A stretch of 63,860 bases of DNA, the filler included, from Lenisia limosa (taxonomy: Eukaryota > Protista > Breviatea): NCBI GenBank assembly GCA_001655205.1. It is 14 parts of 14 records of this genome, joined end to end, with 100 filler letters (N's around TTAATTAATTAA, not from the genome) between each part and the next. Parts side by side here need not be neighbours in the genome. Positions count along the whole stretch, not along the records: positions 54,251 to 57,383 come from LPNZ01005008.1; positions 57,484 to 60,463 come from LPNZ01005611.1; positions 60,564 to 63,860 come from LPNZ01003658.1; 11 more parts are not named here. One strand, given 5' to 3'. The translations under genes and the position numbers were made by a program. Position 1 is the stretch's first letter; the number at the start of each line of letters is the position of its first letter. The notes under the pieces are model-generated. The model saw only the letters and a list, made by a program, of their open reading frames with translations, was not told the origin of the DNA and did not search any database. Below are positions 54,375 to 63,860 of this stretch, one piece after another.

Positions 54375-57296
54375 CTTCAAACCTTCGAGGTTGAAAATGG
54401 CCTCCTTCGGGAGTTGTGGAATCTGAGAAGAGTCAGAAAGAGAGCCTTGGGCATGCGTGTTAGGTATTATAACCTAATAGTATACAAAGTGTCAAAAAAT
54501 ACACACATAAGTGCAGAACATAATGCATAGGGAAATACATTGGTAAAAACAATACAAACAAACTCATTGGGAAATAATATTATAGATACTATTTGTAAAT
54601 TAGCACACAGCGGCACATAATATATCAATGAGAAATAAATAATAAGGTTGTATCTGGTCGAAGCCGTCCACACCTTCAATCAATACATTGGGAATCTAAC
54701 CATACTGCCTTCCAGTCACAAATAGAATATCATAGACAGATGGGAAGTAAAGTATATATATCAATAATCCTTTCTTCTGGTGTCCTTAAAACCCACGTTG
54801 TCATTGGTGCAAATGACAGGATGAAGAGCCTCAACGCCAAGATTGAACGCGGGCGCAGCGTGTTGGCGCGCGGCTGTCAGGAACCCCTGAGCAAAGAAAA
54901 GGGCTCCGATGTTGATAGAGGGTTGCTTGTCTGGGGGGGGGGGGGGNNNNNNNNNNNNNNNNNNNNNNNNNNNNNNNNNNNNNNNNNNNNNNNNNNNNNN
55001 NNNNNNNNNNNNNNNNNNNNNNNNNNNNNNNNNNNNNNNNNNNNNNNACAAGCAAAGCCCAGGTCAGTCACTTCTAAAACACTGTTTCACCTGCATATAA
55101 TATAATACAATACCCCACAACTAAAACACCCAATATTATAGTATAACTATACCCCTCCCACTTTCGACTGCGGCCGCGAAGGCGGTTTCAATTCGGTCGT
55201 GTCGCTTGGCCAGGTCGTGGAACCATTGCGTCATCGTAACGCCTGAAGAGATGACCACAAATGGGAGAGGGGTAAGATTCAGACTAGGATGACACTCTCA
55301 ACCCCACAAATGAGTTTCATTCAGAAAGAACAGCTAAGATAATATGGCCTATTCTATCCCCCCCCCCCAACCGTCCGGGACGGGGTAGGCTTTCCTCCAC
55401 GCTGCAGGGATGGAAGCGGCNNNNNNNNNNNNNNNNNNNNNNNNNNNNNNNNNNNNNNNNNNNNNNNNNNNNNNNNNNNNNNNNNNNNNNNNNNNNNNNN
55501 NNNNNNNNNNNNNNNNNNNNNNNNNNNNNNNNNNNNNNNNCGCACCGTGGCGACAAATGTCCACCACAGCCTTGAGGTCGGCTTGGACTCGTGATACCAG
55601 GGCTATATGCGTCAGAAATCTTACCCATGTCGCGAGAAAGTTCGAAAACTCATTTCAAAAAGTTCGAATAATAATATCATGATGATATGATTTTTAAATA
55701 CAAACATAAGATCGTTGAAATAGCAGGATTCCATTTGTGTATAGCAGACCATTGATCATGGAAACTTCTCTGCGGTAGAAACGGACCAGAGGGGCATGTA
55801 CGCCTGAAGCACTTGCCTACTATNNNNNNNNNNNNNNNNNNNNNNNNNNNNNNNNNNNNNNNNNNNNNNNNNNNNNNNNNNNNNNNNNNNNNNNNNNNNN
55901 NNNNNNNNNNNNNNNNNNNNNNNNNNNNNNNNNNNNNNNNNNNNNNNNNNNNNNNNNNNNNNNNNNNNNNNNNNNNNNNNNNNNNNNNNNNNNNNNNGCA
56001 TCTTCAGAAATCGAACGCATCCACTGGGGGACTGGAGGGAGGGTGAGACTTTGGAATGCGGTAAATTTGAAAATTTATTACACAAAAAAACCCAAATCAA
56101 CTCTATTGGTTGACAATACACAAGGGTTGAAAACAACAAAACAAACAAAGCCCTGGCCATGATATGTGGGGGAGAAATAATTTACGGCCTGGAAGGAAGT
56201 GGGGATGGTGTGAACTACATGTATTGGTGTGAACTACATGTACAGTTACGGGAAGAGTCTTGACCGATTTTGCAAGGAATATTCCATTGCAAATCGGTCA
56301 AGGCTTATCCCGATCACTGTATATCAAGTTGAGATTGCAGAAATAAAAACTCCATTATCTTTTCGCAATTACTCATACCGTCAGTTGACGAGGATTTTTC
56401 TTCGGTTTCGTCCAAGACGTCCGCCTCGCCAGTTGCTTCCTGGGAAGTGAGCAAGGAGGACAACGTATCATGTTATCATCATTTATCAAGGGAGTGGAGA
56501 GCAGACGGGAAACAATACAATCATCACAACTCAGTTTTGTAAAACAGACTTTGTTCTACGAGATTATTTGTAAGAATATTCATAAGCCCCCCACCTCCAA
56601 AGACAAAACGGGAACACTGAGTTTAGCTCGGGCCGCGGCAACATGCGACGCGAGCACGTGTCCGATTGATGCGCTTGTTGCTCGCTCTGCGCTATCGGCC
56701 AAACCCAGCCAGGAAGGCGTCTGAGCTTCGGGTAGATTCTGCGACCACTGCAAGGTGGGTAAGATAGGAAAGTTTATGAAAGAAAAAAGCCCAAATCAAC
56801 TCTATTGGCTGACAACACAGATAACAACAAAACAAACAAAGNNNNNNNNNNNNNNNNNNNNNNNNNNNNNNNNNNNNNNNNNNNNNNNNNNNNNNNNNNN
56901 NNNNNNNNNNNNNNNNNNNNNNNNNNNNNNNNNNNNNNNNNNNNNNNNNNNNNNNNNNNNNNNNNNNNNNNNNNNNNNNNNNNNNNNNNNNNNNNNNNNN
57001 NNNNNNNNNNNNNNNNNNNNNNNNNNNNNNNNNNNNNNNNNNNNNNNNNNNNNNNNNAGGACTCAACGTTGTCGGTTGCCTAATGCGTGAGTTTCCAAAA
57101 AAGGCAGGAGGGCTAACATATGTAGATAAGGCAAGTGGGTTAATAAATCAGGAAAGTACTGAGAAGAAAAATCATGATAATTCCCTCCCAAAAAAAAAGT
57201 CATTGATTTACCCACAGCTGGAGCCAGAGTGAATTGCGGCTCAAAAGCAGCGGTGGTGAAGAGACGGTCCAGGAAGGCATCTAGCACGTTCTGGTC
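54375..57296 (-). CDS. DYNC1H1: Cytoplasmic dynein 1 heavy chain, C-terminal exons
   Basis: Colinear exons DQNVLDAFLDRLFTTAAFEPQF, WSQNLPEAQTPSWLGLADSAER, VPQWMRS, PLVRFYRREV, RVQADLKAVVDIC, IPAAWRKAYPVPDGVTMTQWFHDL, INIGALFFAQGFLTAARQ. Confidence 0.92.
56243..56319. mobile_element. Tc1/mariner-type MITE (77 bp); family also at 13244, 18123, 23715, 58117, 63332
   Basis: TA|CAGT...ACTG|TA with long imperfect TIRs (gtcttgaccgattt / aaatcggtcaaggc). Confidence 0.85.
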
Positions 57297-57542
57297 CTGG
57301 GGGTGTTATATGAGTAAAATAGGAAAATTTATGAAATAACAACAACAACAATAAAAAAGAAGCCCCGACATGACTTGCAAAACNNNNNNNNNNNNNNNNN
57401 NNNNNNNNNNNNNNNNNNNNNNNNNNNTTAATTAATTAANNNNNNNNNNNNNNNNNNNNNNNNNNNNNNNNNNNNNNNNNNNNCACACACAAACCGTCCC
57501 CACTCCCTCCTATAAAAACAAAAAAAAACAGCCCTCCTTTAC

Positions 57543-58894
57543 CAGCTCCGGTTTTGAACCTGAAAGGTGAGTAATATGTTGAAATAAGAAGGAAAACAAA
57601 AAAAAAAGGAGAAGATCCATGTATGAATATATGATGAACCTACTTGAGGAGGGACGGCAAGGTGTATGACGTGCCTTCGGGGAAGATAGCGAAGTGCTTC
57701 TTGTTGTTGAGAAGTTCCAGGGATTCAGCGTAAAGACTGTCGTTGTTGACCTTCTGTTCATCATCTCCTTCTGGCTTGTTAGTGCGTTATTGATTATATT
57801 ATTGTTTTATAACACCAAATAAAAAATTATTTGTGATTGATAACCGTTGTTTTTTTATATTAATATTCTCTTAAAAAAAACCAAAGCTTCACCTTCTCTT
57901 CATTCGTACCCCCACGTTGAAAAAAGGGCCCCCCGACCTTGAAGATCCATTCTTCTCTTCACCGGAACGCTTGACATGCCCTTCAATACCCACCCAGCAA
58001 CTGGAACTTGGAAGAGGCCTGCTTTGGCCCTATTAGGCGGTTAAACATGTTTGATCTTTTCTTTAACTTCCAATAATGCTTTCGCCCAATGTAAGTCATT
58101 GGCATATACATACATACAGTGAACGGGATCAGTATTGACCTATTTTCCATTAAATAATTAGGCAAATCGGTCAAGACTTATTCCGGCCACTGTATTTCCA
58201 TATTTTATTGAGTAGACGCTTTTTTGGCTTGGTAGGATAGCTCAAGGCCATATTTGAAAATTTCCATGTCATAGAAGGAATGCCTGATAAGTATCTAATA
58301 TATGCATAATATATCTTAAATATCAAATGGAGGTGAAGGGGGGAGGAGGTAAAATTGGAATATTTATGAAACAAAAAAGCCCAAATCAGTTGGCTGATAA
58401 CACACGAGGGTTGATAACAACANNNNNNNNNNNNNNNNNNNNNNNNNNNNNNNNNNNNNNNNNNNNNNNNNNNNNNNNNNNNNNNNNNNNNNNNNNNNNN
58501 NNNNNNNNNNNNNNNNNNNNNNNNNNTTATGAAACAAAATAAACCCAAATCAACTCTGTGAGTTGAGCGCTAAAAAAATGTGTATGCATATGTAAATATG
58601 ACGATAAACCCAATTTACGCCCTTTTTCAAAAAATAAAAATAAAAATAGCCTTACCATGATCTCAAGAGGGGACGCATGCTGTGTGTGATGATGTAGCCG
58701 TCAGCGATCATATTACAGTGGTTAGTGATCAAGATTGTCGGTCCTTCAAGAGTATCGGGTCCGCTGCTGGTCATATTGCGGAAGATTGAGCGTGCTCCTA
58801 AGCCCCAAAGATAGACAACGAAGAAGTAAAAGGGGTTGCTTTCCCACTCAGGGAAAAAGAGGTTCACGAAGAACCCCAACGTTTTCTCAATCAT
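57543..58894 (-). CDS. PlsC-family glycerolipid acyltransferase (GPAT-like), N-terminal exons
   Basis: In-phase splice gives GPTILITNHCNMIAD...RSWAKAGLFQVPVAGWVLKGMSSVPVKRRMD...FAIFPEGTSY...LLKFKTGA (motifs NHxxxxD and FPEGT). Confidence 0.88.
58117..58192. mobile_element. Tc1/mariner-type MITE
   Basis: ta|cagtgaacgggat...ttccggccactg|ta. Confidence 0.8.
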
Positions 58895-59199
58895 TTTAGC
58901 GGGAGAAGCACAAAAAGGACTTCAAATTCAAGAAAAGCCAGTTATAACTGATTACTTTTGCAAACTAATCATTTATATTGTTAAAATAATCAGTTATGAA
59001 AGCCTTTTCATCTCTCTGTGCTAAATAGTGTAATACGAAGTTAAAGTAAAACAAATTTCACCTCAAACAACCGATACTCCCTCTTTCCGATTCCGACCCT
59101 CTTGAGTCAGATCCCTCATCGTTTAGCCCCTCCTGCAAGCAGCTGTCTGATCCTCTCAGCAGTCTCCTAAGCAACCTCTTATTATTTTAAGAAAAATGG

Positions 59200-60105
59200 A
59201 GTAATGATATAAGTTGCGCACGCCTGTTGTACGCCATTTTCCGTTCACATTAGCAGGAGCACCGTTAGTTTTCTCCTTCTTCACTGTGGTATGTATGGGG
59301 AGATTGGATTGAAGTTTTTATTAAGATATACTGGGAAGGCACGCAGGAAGATATGCGCACAAAGTTGTGGCAAATGACTGGGTTAATTAATATTATACTA
59401 TCATCCAATATCTTGTGATGGTGTGACGGCTTCGGGATGACCAGCTTTTTTTTATTGGATCCTGTACCTTTTTTACTGCTAGTTTCTTTTTGGCATTGTT
59501 TTCCAACAATTTTTATTTCTGTTTAGCATCCTCTTTGCCTTCATTGTCTCTTTTTGTTACAGATTCTACTCACCATAACCAACAGAGTTGATTTTGGGCT
59601 TTTTTTTGTTTAAATTTTCCAATATTACCCCTCATCCAGAATATCACTTTCTGTGGATGCTTGCTTTTTTTTATTTATTATTAATTTTCCATTTTCACTC
59701 TCAAGTAGCCAACAGCCATGTCCCGGCTAAAGAGCATCATTGAAGCCCTAGTGGGGGGGGGGGATTGTATTTGAATTTTCAGTCTTTAAAGTTTGTATTA
59801 GGGGTAGGGCTTCACGAAAAAAGACTGAATTTCTCGATAATCCTCGAAAACTATCGATATTTTCCCGAACCAAAGTTAAGCCTTATCAGGGGGAGTGGGG
59901 TTAGGGAAGGTTGAATCCCGATTTCGCCAGTATCATGACATGATGGTGGAGAGTGGTTTCTTAAATCCCCTATATTTCGATATATATTTGTGTTTTTGAA
60001 CCAAAGTGAAGCTTAAGTCAGGACCCTGACTTCTCAGAACATGCGAAGGGTGCTGGCGGCAGTGGAGTTTACATGCATCATTATCCTTGTATTAATGGTA
60101 TGCTG
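59200..60105 (+). CDS. Possible small membrane-protein gene fragment
   Basis: Candidate exons MSRLKSIIEAL|gtgggg and NMRRVLAAVEFTCIIILVLM|gtatg; plus-strand intron modules upstream. Confidence 0.3.
59805..59885. mobile_element. hAT-type MITE, diverged
   Basis: tagggcttcac / gttaagcctta. Confidence 0.72.
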
Positions 60106-60679
60106 GGGTCGTGGAGCTTCGCAAGGCCATTGCGTAATCATATTACTTTTTAGATCATTTTCACATGTGTGAACTGGGGGGTTCTAAAGCTTAAGATAGT
60201 GTCAATATTTCTGGGTATTGGGTGTCTCCTTTTTTATTTGAGTTGCATTTATTCATCCATGTAATTGTACAAAATTAGCATTTTTGTTATTATACTGGAA
60301 TAAGCTGGCGAGGCTACTCTTTGAAAAAACGTCCATAGTTGTAAAAATTAACCTTTTATTTTATTCATAAAGATACCACTTTTATTCTTTTTTTTTAAAA
60401 TACAGACGCTGCCACCCCTATTAGATGAGTCCGAAATCTCACCCCCCACCCAGGCAGTCAACANNNNNNNNNNNNNNNNNNNNNNNNNNNNNNNNNNNNN
60501 NNNNNNNTTAATTAATTAANNNNNNNNNNNNNNNNNNNNNNNNNNNNNNNNNNNNNNNNNNNNTTACTAATCACGAACCGAATAATCTGAAACTCAAAAC
60601 AAACAAATAAATTTGGTATGAAATAACACCCAAAATGGCCACAGTGGTGAAACACAATACTGAATAGAAACCCCCCTGC

Positions 60680-60790
60680 CCCGCTTCATTTACATTACTT
60701 ACATTACTGTATATAAGACCCTAGGACCAGACCCGATTCCGCTTCATTTACATTACTGTATATAAGACCCTAGGACCAGACCCGAATCCG
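60680..60790. repeat. Tandem duplication of about 50 bp
   Basis: ccgcttcatttacattac...tgtatataagaccctaggaccagacccga occurs twice. Confidence 0.9.
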
Positions 60791-62439
60791 ACTTAAGAAC
60801 CGAATTTCATTTCAAATCTCCGAACTCCGATTTAGGGATTTTGGAAGGGGTCACTTTCTTAATACCAAAACATCAATTATTTCAACACAAAAATATTGTT
60901 TTACTCATCTGACTTATTTTTGTCTATTTTGGGAGCAAAAACGACCGACCCTTCCACCGAAAAATCCGAATTAGCATTCTGGTCTGGTCCTAATAAGACC
61001 CTTCGCTATAGACCCCCTCACACGCACAACACCCCTCACTTCGCTATAGAAGAACCAGAGCTCTTGGCCGACAACCGAGGTTAAAGCCGACACGTCTGGC
61101 TCTGTGGGGGTAAGATGTAGGGAAGGAATCTGGGTAGTTCGGCGAACTTGGCGTTTACAGCATTAATGTTGGGGAGGAAGACATAGATTCACATAGAGTT
61201 TTAAGGGGGGTGGGGGGTAAAAGAAGGTTATTTCGATGAAGAATATTGGCGTCAATGATCACAAACGGAATAATCTGAAACTCCAAAAAAACAACAACAA
61301 AAAAAAAAATACAAGCAATAAGGTGGGAGGTTAATGACAACTTGGCTTCAGAAAACGGTGATAAGGAAGGATAATTGAGCCGAAATTGGTGTTATAGGAG
61401 GCTAATTGAGGTGATGTTGGCTTATGATTTATGAAGAAAATTCATCAAACTTAATTGCTGAGAACAAGAACCCCTCTCGCCACCAACGAGGGTTGATAAG
61501 CTGTTCTGGTGTAACGGGCGCGGGTTTTACGGGTTTAGGTCGTAGGCAAATGTCCATGGCGAGTGAAGGAAGAACCACTTGTACGTCGCGTGAAGCATAG
61601 GGACTGCGGGGAATCAAATAAATAAAGCAAATTTATAAAATTAATAAATAAAGCGTTTGGGCTTTTTTGTTTCATAATTTCCAATTTTACCCCCCCTCCC
61701 CTGATTTATACCCCCCGGACCGTTTATCAGTGGCAAACACGGGGCTGACCCAGCAGTTGTCCTGTACCACAAACACACGACCATGATTGAGCGAAATGTT
61801 TAGTCCGGCGCCGCAGTCCTGGGGGGTTTTATTATGGGGGTTATCTTATGAGGGTGAAGAGAAGGGAATTTAAGTTACAGGGGAGAAGCAAGGACGGTAT
61901 TAGTTCTGGGGAGGAACGGGAGTGAAAATGGAGGACGAGGAATGAGGTAACGTAGGGGATGACAGCAATAAAGTGGTCTCGTGAAATTGGTGTTTTGAGG
62001 AAGCAAAATTTGAAATGAAAGTTCCTGAAAAAGTTCTCGTTACAGTGTGCTCAATTAATATTCCAATTGCACGAGGTAACGTGAACACCCCCACATTTTG
62101 GATATACTGTAGGTAAGGGTCCAGCGCCGGGATAGCCAGCCAATTTGGAACGGAGGAGTATGCAGGTAGCTCTGAAGAACAGTTAGACTCTTCCTAATAA
62201 GGAAAATAAGGAAGAATATTATAACTGGATATCTGCTGAATTAAAAGAACCTTCCTAAAAAGGAAATGTTTTAAAACAAGAAAACTTACAAATGAATAGA
62301 ATTGTGGGATCATGGAAAACCAAAGTTATCGATGAGCATTTATGTTCATCATTTTGACTCGAAAGACGATCATGTGATCATAAAAAAAAGCATGTAGACC
62401 AACCAACCATACATCTCCATAACCCCCCACCATTGCCAA

Positions 62440-63260
62440 TAACGTTACTGACGGAAACAACTGGCACGTCCACTACCACAGCATGGGCAACATTCCCGTT
62501 GCCGCCGCCACCGTTGCTGTGAATGTGCATGAGAGGCACTATCACGCGGCCGGCGGAGGTCGTAATTCGAGCTCTGGGGGGGGGGTGAACTTGGAAAACT
62601 AATGAAGTGAAAAAAAGAAAGAAAAAAAAGCCCAAAATCAATTCTGGGTGCAAGAATAGAATACCCAGACACCCCCACCTCATATTCCTTTGGTCATGAC
62701 TCGCAACCTGGCTGTACCCCCAGGATTCAATCCAGGTTTTAACAGCCATCCGCACTCGCGGCCCGGGGTCCAGATTATCCCTTTCGGGGACTGAGGGCGA
62801 AAGGACCCGGGGCGACTCAAACTCGAGAAGTTTTGAAAGTTCTTTCGGAAGAGACGAATTTGGTGTAATGGAGCGTTGTGGCGTGGACGCAAGACTGTGT
62901 GATGACGTCATGGTTTCATTGGTCCGGCTCGGGATTGTGGGGTGCTGTGGGGGAGAGAAGCCCCATGACGGTTGGAAGGCCGTGACGGTACGGGGAAGAG
63001 CAACCTGCGGGGGAAATAAAAAAGGACAATTTAAGTTATTATGATAGTGGGGCCCCCGGGGGGTGGGTGTAAAAATGGAATATTTATGCAAATAAAAAAC
63101 AATACAAAAAACAAAAACTCTGTAGAAAAACGAGGGCTGAAAACAACAAACAAAATAACTCGAAAAAAACCCGCCTGTTGTAACCTAGCATCACCCTGCC
63201 CACTTGCATCCTGGCATCGCACCAAGAGGACACCACATGAGGGTCAATCACCATTGTGAA
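62440..63260 (-). CDS. Hypothetical gene, internal exons
   Basis: Exon 63004-62700 VALPRTVTAFQPSWG...PRVRMAVKTWIESWGYSQ is bounded by AG/GT; the neighbouring exon frame is ambiguous. Confidence 0.4.
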
Positions 63261-63697
63261 CGACGACAAATGCCCTAAAGAGGTGAGATGTGAGGTCTCA
63301 AATTACAGCCTAATAAAAAGTATATGATATACAGTTACAGGAATAAGCCTTGGTATTTTCCTTGGGAAATCGGTCACTATTTGAATCTAGTGCGTCAAAT
63401 CACTCTGAAATGGAGAGAGGAAAGACATTACGCCGGTCTGAAAAAGACCGGTAAAATTAAACTGGCGACTCAAATAACAACTCTTTTAATCCTCAAAACT
63501 AGTGAAGTTTTTGGAAAACTTGTGAAGTTTTTAGGAAGAAGAGAAAATAGGAATCCTACCAAGAATGTATGGGTGAGGGTTTTCATCCAGCGTAGGGAGG
63601 GGGACGGCACTCTTCGTATCGGGTCTACGGGGTAAGGAAATGCGGGGCTTCAATGTAATGCGAAAATAGTCATAAGCACCCCAGACTTATTCCTATA

Positions 63698-63796
63698 CAG
63701 AGCTTCACTTCAGTTTGAAAAAAGACTGAATATCTCGATAAATCCTCGAAAACTATCAAAATTTACTGGTCTTTTTCGAACCGAAATGAAGTCCTA
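63698..63796. mobile_element. hAT-type MITE, diverged
   Basis: cagagcttcacttcag / gaaatgaagtccta. Confidence 0.72.
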
Positions 63797-63860
63797 TCAG
63801 ACTTATCCGTATTCTGAGATTGCGTATTTCATTAAATGTATATTACCCCCCCCCCCCCCC

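Noticed and set aside
58215-58290. Apparent extra exon (ILIRHSFYDMEIFKYG...) in the acyltransferase
   Set aside because: The flanking exons already join in phase as RSW-AKAGLF, matching the family motif; inclusion would disrupt it.

Overview
Eukaryotic (probably protist) draft genomic DNA, not a single locus. Thirteen artificial N44-TTAATTAATTAA-N44 spacers join 14 unrelated scaffolds, and the other N runs are assembly gaps, mostly next to poly-G/poly-C tracts or repeats. Genes are extremely intron-rich, so the ORF track is largely uninformative; the gene calls come from manually splicing exons. Two genes are apparently complete: a SERCA-type Ca2+ ATPase (about 33 exons) and ODAD2/ARMC4. Partial or less certain genes include cytoplasmic dynein heavy chain (C-terminus), a DENN-domain protein, a penicillin-acylase (S45) family hydrolase, a PAP2/G6PC-like phosphatase, a PlsC-family acyltransferase, a class-3 lipase, an FHA protein, NOL12/RRP17 and a Cys-rich surface protein. 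The window also holds 5S rRNA genes, hAT MITEs with 8-bp TSDs, Tc1/mariner MITEs and a piggyBac relic. The main unexplained signal is a family of roughly 35-40 intronic repeats of about 100-150 nt. They lie sense to every host gene whose orientation is secure, and many supply the branch point, C-tract and terminal AG of the intron. Several start with GT, they stack in tandem at acceptors, and they carry a hairpin with a compensatory change. This is a candidate introner-like or splice-acceptor-targeting element.
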